From positions 576,001 to 640,000 of the forward strand of contig CAVUKA010000005.1 of NCBI GenBank assembly GCA_963741945.1: 64,000 nt of DNA, read 5' to 3'. The notes below the pieces were generated by a model. That model was not told the DNA's origin. It worked only from the letters and a program-made list of their open reading frames with translations, and ran no database searches. The stretch's first letter is position 1. The number at the start of each line of letters is the position of its first letter. The DNA comes from an uncultured Gemmatimonadales bacterium (GTDB lineage: Bacteria; Gemmatimonadota; Gemmatimonadetes; Longimicrobiales; RSA9). Below are positions 1 to 10,120 of this stretch, piece by piece. The position numbers and the translations under genes are program-made.

Positions 1-583
1 CGAACAGGAGCGAAGTCCAAAGCAGCCGGCGGCGCGACAGCAGGGCGTGAGGCAGGGCGGCGAGCGCGAGATAGGAGAACAGGTGGGGCCGCGCGATCCA
101 GTGCGACTGGTTCAGCACGACCGCCGCGGCGCCCGTGACCAGCGCCAGCCAGGGGTCGCCGCCATCCCGCCGCACGTATGCAACCACCAGCGCCACGGCC
201 CCGCCGATGAGCAGCGCGGCCAGCGCCACCACGCCGGCGAATCCAGCCGCCGCATGGGCCCCGGCGTATGCCACCTGGCTGAGCCATTCATAGGCGAGGA
301 ACGGCTCTCCGGCCCGGGAGAAGGAGAACGGGTCCGCGAACCTCGGCCCATGCCCGAGGATGTAGCGGCCGATGAGGATGTGCCGGAGGAGGTCGCCGTC
401 ACCATTGACCAGCCGCCCGTGGGCCAGGAATGCCGCTGAAGCCGAGGTCAGGGCGAACGCCATACCTACCACGGATGCCTGCTGGGGCTCACGGGCCGGC
501 ACAGCGGCACCGGCCGGCGGTTGCGAAACGGGTGAAGCCTCCTGGCCCGCCCGGGCGGTTTCCGTCGCGCCGGGGCCGCTCAC
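1..583 (-). CDS. GT-C fold integral membrane glycosyltransferase-like protein (3'-truncated by window edge), paralog of 2164-3687
   Basis: Not in the ORF track. The GTG at 583 overlaps the TGA of the GT2 gene. Manual translation gives LVNGDGDLLRHILIGRYILGHGPRFADPFSFSRAGEPFLAYEWLSQ...HWIARPHLFS, nearly identical to 2164-3687, and is open to the edge. Confidence 0.85.
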   Translation of the reverse strand, partial: MSGPGATETARAGQEASPVSQPPAGAAVPAREPQQASVVGMAFALTSASAAFLAHGRLVNGDGDLLRHILIGRYILGHGPRFADPFSFSRAGEPFLAYEWLSQVAYAGAHAAAGFAGVVALAALLIGGAVALVVAYVRRDGGDPWLALVTGAAAVVLNQSHWIARPHLFSYLALAALPHALLSRRRLLWTSLLF

Positions 584-1404
584 GGCTCCCTTCCCGCCGT
601 CATCGGCTCCGTTCCTTTCGATGCGGGCCGGCCGGTTGGCCCGGCCACCAGGCGGCGCCCGGGCCGCTGCACCCACAGGCGAAGAAGAAAAAGGAAAGCG
701 CGGGCGCCCGCCAGCATGGAGACCTTCGACTCGCCCACGTCGCGCCAGGCGGGAAGCGGCACCTCTACGATCCTGTCGATCCCGCTGTCCCCCCACCCCT
801 CCTGGAGGCGGCGCAGCAGCTCGATGTCGAACGCCCAGCGCGATTTGAACGGCCGCTGGAGTGCGTGCTCCAGGGCCGATGACTTCCGCAGGAGCTTGGC
901 ACCGCACTGTGTGTCGTATACGGGCACGCCGAGCGCCAGCGACGCCAGTGTGCCATAGGCACGCCCGGCCAGGTGGCGCAGGCCGGACCGCTGGATCTCG
1001 CGGCCCAGCATTCGAACGCGCGCGCCCATGACCACGTCCACCCCACGGCGCTCATCCAGGAGTTGATCGAACGCTTCGATCATGTCCAGCGGCGTGGCGA
1101 GATCAGCGTCCCAGTAGCCCACGCGCGACGCGCCCGCGTCGAGCGCCGTCCTGAGGCCGGCCCGAACCGCCTCTGCCTTCCCCACGTTCTGCTCCAGCGC
1201 CAGCACGCGGCAGCCGCCGGCACGGAGGCGCCCGATCCCGACGGCAAGGGCGTCCAGCGACCGGCGCGTGCCATCGGTGCTTCCGTCGTCCACGAAGATG
1301 AACGTGGGCGCGCGGGAGCCAGCGGCCGCCGCCAGGAATGCGGACGCATCCAGGCGAAGCGCCTCGTTGTAGCACGGCACGACCACCCAAGCATCACTCG
1401 CCAT
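580..1404 (-). CDS. GT2 polyprenol-phosphate glycosyltransferase (Dol-P-Glc/Dol-P-Man synthase-like)
   Basis: Motifs VVPCYNEA, FVDDGSTDGT, GKAEAVR, DADLATP (DxD), YDTQCGAK, WAFDIE. Confidence 0.9.
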   Translation of the reverse strand: MASDAWVVVPCYNEALRLDASAFLAAAAGSRAPTFIFVDDGSTDGTRRSLDALAVGIGRLRAGGCRVLALEQNVGKAEAVRAGLRTALDAGASRVGYWDADLATPLDMIEAFDQLLDERRGVDVVMGARVRMLGREIQRSGLRHLAGRAYGTLASLALGVPVYDTQCGAKLLRKSSALEHALQRPFKSRWAFDIELLRRLQEGWGDSGIDRIVEVPLPAWRDVGESKVSMLAGARAFLFLLRLWVQRPGRRLVAGPTGRPASKGTEPMTAGREP

Positions 1405-2167
1405 CGGCCTGGCTCCGCCTCAGAATCGCCAACAGACTCAGCCCATGCCCCGGGAGATCGCGGCGTCCCCGCTTCAGCGCATCCACGAGCCCTGGAACCT
1501 CGCCCGTGAACACCCGTTCCAGGGCGCGGTTCACCGGCGCCCATGGCAGCCCCATATCGCTTCCTTCGCGCCCCGTGCCGCTCCCCCGCCACGCCCCGAG
1601 ACGCCGGACCATCCGCGCCAGCGGGTACAGCCGGCGATTGAATGGCGCCAGCAGGCGGACTTCTGCCGGGACGCCCGACCAGGCGTCCCAGAGCATCTCG
1701 CGGGTGTATCGCCGGTAGTGTCCGTACACCTCGTCGTGGGGGCTCCAGAGCCAGGGCCCGAACGGCACGGTCATCAGCAGGTGCGCCTCCGGGCGCATGC
1801 TGCCGATCAACCGCTCCAGGAAAGCGTGGTCATGCTCGACGTGCTCCAGGACATCGCAGAGGAGGACCAGGTCGGCCCGGCCGATCATTTCCCTGCCGGC
1901 CTCCGGAGCGGCGCCTGTTTCGAAGCTGACGCCCGGATGGGCCCGTCGCGCCAGCTGGATTGCCGTGGGCGAGCTGTCGATCCCGTGGCGGTCGTGCCTC
2001 TCGGGGAACGCACCGATATCCGCGCCCGTGCCGCACCCGACATCCACCACCACACCCCGTTCGGGCAACAGCCGCGTCCCGAGTTCCAGGATGGCCCTGC
2101 GCCGCCCCCGGAACCACCAGTGGCGCGCCTCGAGCGCGTGGTGCGTGCTGAACAGCTGTTCCTTCAT
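1394..2167 (-). CDS. Class I SAM-dependent methyltransferase
   Basis: Real start ATG 2167 (MKEQLF...HWWFRGRR) overlaps the upstream stop; motifs VDVGCGTG, DVLEH, LWSPHDEVYGHYRRY. Confidence 0.88.
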   Translation of the reverse strand: MKEQLFSTHHALEARHWWFRGRRRAILELGTRLLPERGVVVDVGCGTGADIGAFPERHDRHGIDSSPTAIQLARRAHPGVSFETGAAPEAGREMIGRADLVLLCDVLEHVEHDHAFLERLIGSMRPEAHLLMTVPFGPWLWSPHDEVYGHYRRYTREMLWDAWSGVPAEVRLLAPFNRRLYPLARMVRRLGAWRGSGTGREGSDMGLPWAPVNRALERVFTGEVPGLVDALKRGRRDLPGHGLSLLAILRRSQADGE

Positions 2168-3687
2168 CCGCCCTCCCCGTTCTTCGCCAGCAGGACCGCC
2201 ACGCCGTCCTCGTGCACAACGCGCCAGCCGTCGGCCCCGCGGAGCGCCTCCACGATGGGCGTTCCCGGCGGGAAAAGCACGACGGAGATCCGGTTCCGGG
2301 CCAGCAGATTGCGCCAGCCGGGCCGGGCGTCCCTCAGCACGACGTAGTCGCCGATGAGCTCCGGGCCGAAGAAGTCGGCCATGCTGTCCACGAACACGCG
2401 CTGCCCCGGCCACGCGTAGAGGACGTAGCCGCCCCATGTGTACTCGCTGATCAGGCGACCGTCCAGTTGTTGACTCATGGCCACCCGGACCGCCGCCTCG
2501 GGAAACACGTGGGGCGAGAACCGGTCCGGCAGCAGCCCGGGTCCCCCGACCCGGCCCACCACGAGAAGCAGTGCCAGACCGGCCGCGGCCATCGAACCAT
2601 GGCGCGATCCTGGTCGATCCGATCGGGCGAACTCCGCGCGCATCCGGCCCAGCAGCCAGTGCGGGAGCGCCGCCATGGCGGGCGCCAGCGCGCGGGCCGC
2701 GAGGGGGAGCGCGAACAACGGAAGCAGCGTCGTGTACCGGCGTCCCATGAACGATACGGCCACCGCAATGGTGAACGGGAGCACCGCCGGCCACGGCCTG
2801 GCAGGCCGGGCGAGGGCGAGTCCGGCGGCGGCCGTTCCGGCAACAGCAAGGAACACCAGTCCGTTGATAGACAACAGGGGGAGCGGCAGGAACTCCGAGA
2901 CCCCCATGGCCGAGCCGCCTCCGCCGAGCGCAAGCGCGTGGACGTGGAGCGCCGCGCCGAAGGGGTTCAGCAGCGTGGCGGCGGAAGCGACCAGCACGGG
3001 CACGCCCCACCGCACGACGGCGCGCCCGGTCCCATCCCCGGAGCGGACGTCCTCCACGGCCATGCCCGACGACCATGCGCCGAGCATCACCAGTCCATAG
3101 AGAAACCCCGGGTGGAGGTTGGCCCACAGCGCGAACAACACCCCGAGCCACAGCGTCCGACGCGGGGACTCGATTGCGTACAGCAGCGCCGCGAGACCAA
3201 GGAAGCTGAACAGGTGGGGGCGCGCCAGCCAGTGCGGGTACGTCAGCACCACGGCAGCCGTCCCGACCATGAACGCGAGCCACGGGTCCCCCGCAGCCCG
3301 GACCCAGCGCACCACCAGCGCGAAGGATGTGGCCAGGAGCAGCGACGAGAGGACGACCACGCCAGCGAGCCCCAGCCAGCCATGGACGGCCGCAAGCAAC
3401 GCCTGACTCAGCCATTCGTACGCCAGAAACGGGTCTCCCCCTCGCGTGAATGAAAACGGATCCGCGAAGCGCGGCCCGTGCGCCAGGATATACCGGCCGG
3501 TCACGAGGTGACGGGCCAGGTCACCGTCCCCATTCACCAGCATTCCGCCGAAGCCCAGCGGGATCACGAGCGCCCAGAGAGCGAACGTGAGATCGACCAC
3601 CGACGCGCGGCCGCGCTCGCCATGGGCCGCGCCCAGCTCGGCACCGCCACGCGTGGACACGGCGGCCTCCACCGGTCCGTGCATCAC
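2164..3687 (-). CDS. GT-C fold multi-pass membrane glycosyltransferase-like protein
   Basis: Acidic DGD loop after TM1, EWLSQ, RPHLFS, LWANLHPGF, many TM helices, C-terminal periplasmic domain (YTWGGY...VFVDS). Confidence 0.75.
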   Translation of the reverse strand: MMHGPVEAAVSTRGGAELGAAHGERGRASVVDLTFALWALVIPLGFGGMLVNGDGDLARHLVTGRYILAHGPRFADPFSFTRGGDPFLAYEWLSQALLAAVHGWLGLAGVVVLSSLLLATSFALVVRWVRAAGDPWLAFMVGTAAVVLTYPHWLARPHLFSFLGLAALLYAIESPRRTLWLGVLFALWANLHPGFLYGLVMLGAWSSGMAVEDVRSGDGTGRAVVRWGVPVLVASAATLLNPFGAALHVHALALGGGGSAMGVSEFLPLPLLSINGLVFLAVAGTAAAGLALARPARPWPAVLPFTIAVAVSFMGRRYTTLLPLFALPLAARALAPAMAALPHWLLGRMRAEFARSDRPGSRHGSMAAAGLALLLVVGRVGGPGLLPDRFSPHVFPEAAVRVAMSQQLDGRLISEYTWGGYVLYAWPGQRVFVDSMADFFGPELIGDYVVLRDARPGWRNLLARNRISVVLFPPGTPIVEALRGADGWRVVHEDGVAVLLAKNGEGG

Positions 3688-4829
3688 GGTCCTGCAGAGG
3701 CGCTTGCAGTGGCACCGACCGCAGCCTCAGCCGCGGCCGCGCTCCCCCCGCCCGTCGCCCGTCCCTTCTTCCGCCCGACCAGCACGGCCGCGAACACCAG
3801 CCCGATGGCCAGATATCCGTTCCAGCAGAGCGGCGAGAACAGCAGCGACGCCAGCAATACCGCGGTCAGGTGCAGCCGGGTGTCCCACCGCCGCGTGAGC
3901 CACCAGGCGCCGAATGGCGCCGCCACGGAGGCGGCAGTCAACCACACCCTCCACCCCGGCGACAGCGGCCCTGACTCGTAGTGCGAGACGCCCGTCCAGC
4001 GGGCCACCCGCAGCACCAGGAACGATAGCGACCAGTTCGTGGACAGGAACGCGCCCTGGCCGAGCGCCGGCGGGATCGCGGTGAACCACTGCTGCGACAC
4101 GCGGAAAAGCCGCGCCGGACCCAGTGCGGCGACACTCACCAGCACCACGCCCACCGCGGCCCAGACGGCTCCTCGCACCACCCGCCACCGCTCCCGCCAC
4201 ACCGCCGCGATCACCGCCCATACGGCGTACGGTTTCACCGCCGTCGTGAGGACCAGCCCCGCCCCGCGGAACCGCGGATACGCGATGGCCCCGGCGAAGA
4301 ACACCCACAGAAGGGGATCGATGTTGAACAGCAGGAAGAACAGCAGGGCTCCCGGCATCAGCACAACCAGGCCATGCCAAAAGAAGAATCCTCCGACGCT
4401 CCACCGCCCCCGTGCAATCCGCGCCAGGAGCGCCGCGAACGCCCAGAAGGAGAACGCCACCACGAGGAACCACGCTCGCTGGAAGGTGACCAGCTCCGTG
4501 CGGGGCAGCAGTGCCACCACGGACGCCAGGGGAGGCAGGTACGGGCTGTTGTCCATCGGGTATCCGGTCGAGCCGGACCCCCCCATCACATCCGGTCCGA
4601 ACCCCGGCATCCGCCGGTACAGCTCCTCCGCTCCTGCACGTACCCGCTCCGACTGGTACCATACCTGTGGCGAGTCCACATTGTCCGGACCGGGGTGGCG
4701 GATGCTGTCCGCCAGCCACCACGCTTGAAAGGGGATGATCAGGGCGCCGACCAACAGAAAAGGAAGGCGCACATAAAATGAAGGCGTTCTGGACCTGCTT
4801 CCGTTGACGGTGCCTGCACGGATGATCAT
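3684..4829 (-). CDS. GT87/DUF2029-family membrane glycosyltransferase
   Basis: N-terminal loop Asp, PYLPP, VKPY, NWSL, SPLCWNGY patterns; polytopic. Confidence 0.7.
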   Translation of the reverse strand: MIIRAGTVNGSRSRTPSFYVRLPFLLVGALIIPFQAWWLADSIRHPGPDNVDSPQVWYQSERVRAGAEELYRRMPGFGPDVMGGSGSTGYPMDNSPYLPPLASVVALLPRTELVTFQRAWFLVVAFSFWAFAALLARIARGRWSVGGFFFWHGLVVLMPGALLFFLLFNIDPLLWVFFAGAIAYPRFRGAGLVLTTAVKPYAVWAVIAAVWRERWRVVRGAVWAAVGVVLVSVAALGPARLFRVSQQWFTAIPPALGQGAFLSTNWSLSFLVLRVARWTGVSHYESGPLSPGWRVWLTAASVAAPFGAWWLTRRWDTRLHLTAVLLASLLFSPLCWNGYLAIGLVFAAVLVGRKKGRATGGGSAAAAEAAVGATASASAGP

Positions 4830-4835
4830 TGCCGG

Positions 4836-5930
4836 TCAGGAGGTCTTCCGTGGGGCGCCGCTGATCGACCGGGAACGCCAGCCGCCACCAAGGTCAAGTC
4901 GGGGCCGACCCGTACCGGGGATGGCGTCCGGCCGCCCCCACCCGGTTCGCTCCCGCGTAGCTCGGCCGGCAAGTGCCCACCCGAGGAGCCCGACCAGGAT
5001 GCCCGCCAGGGCGTCCGCAGCATAGTGCTCACCAAGAAAGACCACGGCCACGCTCATCAAGGCGACATAGCCCATTCCTAGCCACTTCAGAGAACGGTGC
5101 AGATTGGTCAGGGCAAATGCCGTCACCGTTGCGAGCACGAGGTGGACGGAAGGCATTGCCGCCACGTCATTCGAGGAAGCGCGATAACCTGCCTCCATGA
5201 TCTGGGGCACGCTCGGGTACATGACGTCCCAAAGTATCCGGCGCACGGGCGCTATTGCGCCGGCGTTCGCGGCCATCCACGGCGGCACGGTTGGGAACGC
5301 GGTGTGCCACACCAGGGCGATCCCGAAACCCGACAACAGGGCCAAAACCACGCGGGTCGCCGACCTGTTCAGAGCAAGTGACGCGGCAAGCACAAGAGGG
5401 AAGGCAAAATGAAACGAAAGATACGTGATGCTCATCAGCACGTCCAACAACCTGGCCTGGAAGTGCTCCTGAAGCAGCACCGTCGGGACTGTCCCGAGCC
5501 CCAGCACCCGATCCACGAAGATCGGATACTGCGTGCGCCACGGCGCCACCGCGTCCGCCAGCCCGCGCAGTGAAGCGAAGGCCGCATATCCGAGAGCCCA
5601 CAGCCCGAACAGCTTCACGCGGATCGAACGCGTCCACAGGAGCCATAGGCCCAAGGGGACGAGCAGAATGGCGTTCCCCGGACTCAGCACGAAGAACAGG
5701 GGGCTGATGCCGATGACGAGAAGGACGAAGAGCCCGATGGCGGCCCCGAGCGCGCCGAGGACGCTTCGCAGGGCCGCCAGCAATCCCGCCCCGGTCACAC
5801 TACGCCCGCGGCCACCGGGGACGAATCGGGCGACCACGCTCCCCCGGGAAGGAGGCTCTGAACCGGGCCTTTCAGATCGGTATCGGCCGCCGGCAGCGTT
5901 CTCAAGCGGAGTTGTTGGGTGCAAAGCCAT
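4836..5930 (-). CDS. PAP2-family (Aur1/IPC-synthase-like) membrane phosphatase/phosphotransferase; start uncertain
   Basis: Catalytic motifs PTVPPW, AAMPSVH, GEHYAAD. Confidence 0.8.
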   Translation of the reverse strand: MALHPTTPLENAAGGRYRSERPGSEPPSRGSVVARFVPGGRGRSVTGAGLLAALRSVLGALGAAIGLFVLLVIGISPLFFVLSPGNAILLVPLGLWLLWTRSIRVKLFGLWALGYAAFASLRGLADAVAPWRTQYPIFVDRVLGLGTVPTVLLQEHFQARLLDVLMSITYLSFHFAFPLVLAASLALNRSATRVVLALLSGFGIALVWHTAFPTVPPWMAANAGAIAPVRRILWDVMYPSVPQIMEAGYRASSNDVAAMPSVHLVLATVTAFALTNLHRSLKWLGMGYVALMSVAVVFLGEHYAADALAGILVGLLGWALAGRATRERTGWGRPDAIPGTGRPRLDLGGGWRSRSISGAPRKTS

Positions 5931-6226
5931 GCCGGCCGCGTTTGCTGCCCCCCTCCGTTGCCTGGCGCCAGGCGCGCACGGATCCTCTCGATTTGCTGAC
6001 ATAAGATCACTGATGGCCGGCGTCCCACCGCGAATACTCGGGCACAATTCGAAGCCGAGTCACAACAGAGAAGCGGAAACCAGGTCACGGTGGAGCCCCG
6101 CCGCGCTCTCCAACAAGCTTACATTGACAGGCCCCGGGAACCAGCCAAACCACGCGCACCCGAAGCCGTACAGGAAGGCCAGTATGGCCAGAGACCCGGC
6201 AAACGCATATCTCTCAGGGCGGCTCT

Positions 6227-7822
6227 TCATCTACTCTGTCCTGCGCGTCCTGTTATATCCGGGGGCGGATCTGGCGTACGGACGCGTGTGGCCTGCTGGC
6301 ACAGTTGCCATACGGTTATTTTCGGCTGACGCTGACCTGCGTCCGTAACACGCACCGGTTCATCACACGCTCGCCCGGGCGCTAGAGATCTACGTAGCCA
6401 GAATGACCTCCCGGCACGTTCCGCACAGAAGATGTACTCGGCTTCGAGAGCGCGCTTGAAGCGGTTGGCGAAGTCACGACGCTGCAGCCTCAGCGCCACT
6501 GAGTCGACGATCACGACGAGAGCCGGCCGCCCAGTCTGGAGCCGTGAAACTACTGTATCCTGAACGGACGGCACGGACACAAGCTGCATCACGTACAATT
6601 GCTCGGGGACGGCGGGTGCCCGCTCGGCAACGAAGTAATCCTCGGGTTCAGAGGCGGCGATGTAGATCGACTCGGATGGCAGCGTGAGTTGCTGGATCTT
6701 GCTGGCGACCGTGTCGAGCGCTGCGGCCCTGCCTTCGTGCCACCAGTAGTCCTGCCACTGGCGATCGCCGCGCCACCACTTTGCTTCCAGCGGGAGCAGG
6801 CCGCAGGCGAGCACGACGACAATGGCTACCCCAGGGCGAATGCGCCTGAGATCCGCCAGGGCCATGATGCCGAAGGCGCCCAGGATTGCCAGGGGCGGCA
6901 CGAATGTGATGAAGTAATGAGGGTACCACTTCGAACCAATGAGGCCCCCAGCCAAGGAGGACAGGATCCACAGTGACGCAAACCACCGGATTTCGGCGGA
7001 AGACGTGCGTTCGTCCGCAGGAAGGGTCGCGCGGGGGAGAACGCCGAGAGCCAGCGGAAGCAGTAACGCGGGAGCAGCCCGGAGGGCTCCGTAGATGAAA
7101 CGCCCTATTTGCAGTGTGGGGGGGGCGGTCATGCCCGAGTCGACCAGAAGGCGCTGACTTACCAGCGAGTACCAGTAGCCCTGCCAGTCCGCCGCGGCCC
7201 CCGCGAGCATGGAAAAGGCTGGCCACACAGCAAACGTCCACAAAGAGGTCAGCGCTTCTCGCGCTTCGCGCCGCCTCGCGGCCCATGCGAAGAGGAGGAC
7301 GAACTGGCCGGCCCCCACGGGCTTGATGAATGCCGCCAGGCCTATCCAGAAACCGGCTCGCTTCCACTGGCCGGCCCAGATGGCGGCCGCCGAGAGCACG
7401 AGCGGCAGGTTGACCCATGTTTCGGCGTTCGCCGAGAAGCCTTCCACGCTCGCCGTGGTGGAAAGCACGGCGAACAACGCGGCTGCGAGCCAACCCCCGG
7501 CGCACCCCAGTACCGGCCGGGTGGTCCAACCGAGAAGGACTGATGTGGCCGCTACCCACAGCGCTGCACCCACCCGGAACCCCGTAACGGAATCGCCGAA
7601 CAGGCGCATGGCAGCCGTGAAGAGCCAGAAAATGCCTTGCGGGCGATCGAACGGAAAGGTGGAATAGAGCCCGCCGTGCCGGACGACCAACGCGTAAGCC
7701 GCAGCGTCCGGGGAGGGAGGGGCGTCAAGAAACAACATCCGCAGCGCAACGGCGAGAGCGAACACGCCACCCGCCAACCAGAAGTCCCCGGCGCTCCAAC
7801 GCCGTTCCCGGAGCACCGTCAC
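6227..7822 (-). CDS. ArnT/PMT-like (GT83/GT39) GT-C glycosyltransferase
   Basis: GTG 7822 overlaps the gtrA stop; PDAAAY loop, DRPQG, ANAE, FIKP, YPHYF; polytopic. Confidence 0.75.
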   Translation of the reverse strand: MTVLRERRWSAGDFWLAGGVFALAVALRMLFLDAPPSPDAAAYALVVRHGGLYSTFPFDRPQGIFWLFTAAMRLFGDSVTGFRVGAALWVAATSVLLGWTTRPVLGCAGGWLAAALFAVLSTTASVEGFSANAETWVNLPLVLSAAAIWAGQWKRAGFWIGLAAFIKPVGAGQFVLLFAWAARRREAREALTSLWTFAVWPAFSMLAGAAADWQGYWYSLVSQRLLVDSGMTAPPTLQIGRFIYGALRAAPALLLPLALGVLPRATLPADERTSSAEIRWFASLWILSSLAGGLIGSKWYPHYFITFVPPLAILGAFGIMALADLRRIRPGVAIVVVLACGLLPLEAKWWRGDRQWQDYWWHEGRAAALDTVASKIQQLTLPSESIYIAASEPEDYFVAERAPAVPEQLYVMQLVSVPSVQDTVVSRLQTGRPALVVIVDSVALRLQRRDFANRFKRALEAEYIFCAERAGRSFWLRRSLAPGRACDEPVRVTDAGQRQPKITVWQLCQQATRVRTPDPPPDITGRAGQSR

Positions 7823-8277
7823 CCTTCCCCTGCAACAAGCGGCCGTGCCCACGTGAAGGCGTTGTTAAGAACAAAGTTGAGGACCAGCATGGCTGCGATC
7901 GCAGTGGCATTGGCCAACATCAGCCAACCCATGCCCCACCACGCGGTGAGTGTCGTGACAGTTGCGACAGTTCCGGTGAGCGTGAGCAAGGATATGGACT
8001 GAAACCGAAGGAGCCGCTGAGCCCAGCCGTTCCGGGTAGTGCGCCCTCTGAACGTGAACGTATCGTTGCCGACGAAATTGAACAGGATCGCAGTCTCCGT
8101 GGCGGTGGCGGAACTCAGAATGACCGGCCATCCGACAGCGTGCACGCAGACCCAGAGAACGGCCATGTTGACAGTTGTCCCAGTCCCGCCCACCAGAGCA
8201 TAGCGAACGAAAGTCCGAAGATCCTCAAAGCTGTGAGGGAGCCGGTATTTGGTCGGGGTATTACACGCGACAGTCAT
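7819..8277 (-). CDS. GtrA-family lipid-linked sugar flippase-like protein
   Basis: 152 aa, 4 TM; FVRYALVGGTGT, NFVGNDTFTF, NFVLNNAFTW. Confidence 0.88.
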   Translation of the reverse strand: MTVACNTPTKYRLPHSFEDLRTFVRYALVGGTGTTVNMAVLWVCVHAVGWPVILSSATATETAILFNFVGNDTFTFRGRTTRNGWAQRLLRFQSISLLTLTGTVATVTTLTAWWGMGWLMLANATAIAAMLVLNFVLNNAFTWARPLVAGEG

Positions 8278-9764
8278 GACGCTGGAGCAGCAAGGTCAAC
8301 CGGGTGAATATTCTCCTGTTCGCGCCAGCCATCACAAGCCGGTTCCCCCAGCCGCATCTCCTCGTGGTATTCCATGTCGCTGTTCACTGCCCAAACGTCA
8401 TGGTGCGCGCCGAAGATGTTTTCGACCGCGAGCATGGCCGTGAGCATGGAGTGGTCCTGGTTGTTGTACTTGTGCATCCCGTTTCGGCCGGCCACCTGCA
8501 GGTTCGCTACCTCGTCGAGGAAAGCGCGCACCTCTCCGAGGTGGTGTTGATACGCCCCATCATAGACGGGGTACGCTTTCGTCATACGAACGACGTGCCC
8601 GCGGACGACCGTGGCGTCCCCCGACAGCCCGAGCTGCCGCAGCTCGCGCGTGGCCTGCTCGATCAAAGCGCCGTCATCGCTGCTCCAGAGACCATCGCCC
8701 TCGAAGCAGAAGTACTCCATTCCGAGGCAGGTGCGCCCCGCCTCCGGGACCATGGCGCGGCTCCAGTTGTTGAAGTTCTGGATCCGGCCCACCTGGACAT
8801 CGGGGGAGTGCACGTACACCCAGTTGTCCGGGAACAGCGGCTCGTCATCCAGAATCAGGGCAACCACCAGGAAGTCGCGGTAGCGGAGGCTCCGGCCCGA
8901 CTCCCGCGCGGTCGCCGGCGCGCTGTCGCCGAACGCGCGCACCAGCGCCCGCAATGGCATGGTGGAGATCACGTGGTCCGCCTCGAGCGTGACCCCACCG
9001 TCCGGGCCCTGGGCCTCCACGCCGGTCACGCTCCCGTTCTTGCGCAGGAAACCCACGGCACGGTGACCCATGAGGATCCGCCCGCCGAACTCCTCGACGC
9101 GCGCCGCCGCCTTCTCCCACATCTGGCCGGGCCCGAGGCGCGGGTACTGGAACTCCTCGATCAGGCTCTTGATGTCGTCGGAGCGGCGCTGGATCGGGAG
9201 CGCCCGCAGGATGGCCTTCCCGAGCGACAGGTTCTGGATCCGCTGCGCGGCCCACTCCGCCCGGATCTCCGTGCACGGCATCCCCCAGACCTTCTCGGTG
9301 TACGTCTTGAAGAACGTCCGGTACAGCGCGCGTCCGAAACGGTTCGTCACCCACTGCTGGAAAGTGTCCTCATCCTTTGACGGGAAGAGCCTGGCCCATG
9401 CATAGCTCAGGACCATGCCGGCGGCGCGGAAGAGTCCCAGACCCCGGAGCGCGTTGCCGGCCTTGAGCGGGTAATCGAAGAAGCGGCCCCGATAGTAGAT
9501 TCGCGACAGTCGGGGTACGGAGATCATCTCCTCGCCCAGCCACTCGTGCCAGAGCGCCTGCACTTCCGGGATCTTCGTGAAGAAGCGATGCCCGCCGATG
9601 TCAAAGCGATAGCCGTCGCGCACGACGGTACGCGAGATGCCGCCCACCTGGTCGTCCGCCTCCAGCACCGTCACGGCCACCCCACGCTTCGCCAGCATGT
9701 AGGCGGCCGTGAGTCCGGCGGGGCCGGCGCCGATGATGACGACTTGCTGGCTGCGTGGATCCAT
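8274..9764 (-). CDS. FAD/NAD(P)-dependent oxidoreductase (protoporphyrinogen oxidase/UDP-galactopyranose mutase-like fold)
   Basis: GAGPAGL Rossmann motif, VGGISRT, FDIGGHRFFTK, GRNGMHKYNNQDHSM. Confidence 0.85.
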   Translation of the reverse strand: MDPRSQQVVIIGAGPAGLTAAYMLAKRGVAVTVLEADDQVGGISRTVVRDGYRFDIGGHRFFTKIPEVQALWHEWLGEEMISVPRLSRIYYRGRFFDYPLKAGNALRGLGLFRAAGMVLSYAWARLFPSKDEDTFQQWVTNRFGRALYRTFFKTYTEKVWGMPCTEIRAEWAAQRIQNLSLGKAILRALPIQRRSDDIKSLIEEFQYPRLGPGQMWEKAAARVEEFGGRILMGHRAVGFLRKNGSVTGVEAQGPDGGVTLEADHVISTMPLRALVRAFGDSAPATARESGRSLRYRDFLVVALILDDEPLFPDNWVYVHSPDVQVGRIQNFNNWSRAMVPEAGRTCLGMEYFCFEGDGLWSSDDGALIEQATRELRQLGLSGDATVVRGHVVRMTKAYPVYDGAYQHHLGEVRAFLDEVANLQVAGRNGMHKYNNQDHSMLTAMLAVENIFGAHHDVWAVNSDMEYHEEMRLGEPACDGWREQENIHPVDLAAPAS

Positions 9765-9805
9765 GGCGGTTCAGCTCAATGTTGCGGTCCGGGGGCCGGA
9801 AAGAG

Positions 9806-9821
9806 AGCAGTGGCCATGCCG
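9806..9821 (-). promoter_or_regulatory. Candidate sigma54 -24/-12 promoter of the left glycosylation operon
   Basis: Minus strand CGGCATGGCCACTGCT = GG-N10-GC, ending about 40 nt before ATG 9764. Confidence 0.5.
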
Positions 9822-10120
9822 AGCGTCGACGCGTCGGGCTGACCCCCCGATGCCGCTGCAAATTCAGGGAAAACCCACAGTTGGCGCGGGCTTGCCGGCG
9901 TCACCCGGTGTTCCACCGCGGAACCGAGGCAGTGCCGACCCGGAACAGCGGCGCCATGCCCGCTTCGGGGTCCTGAGCCTCGCCTTCGAACTTCCGGGCG
10001 CAGACCCGAGCCGCCGAAGAGCCGGGGATCGAGAAGCTTGCGCGTGCAGGCGAGAAAGGGAACGATTACTTTGTGTTTCGAAACTTCATACGCGCCACAG
10101 CGAAATTGCCGGAGCCCAGC

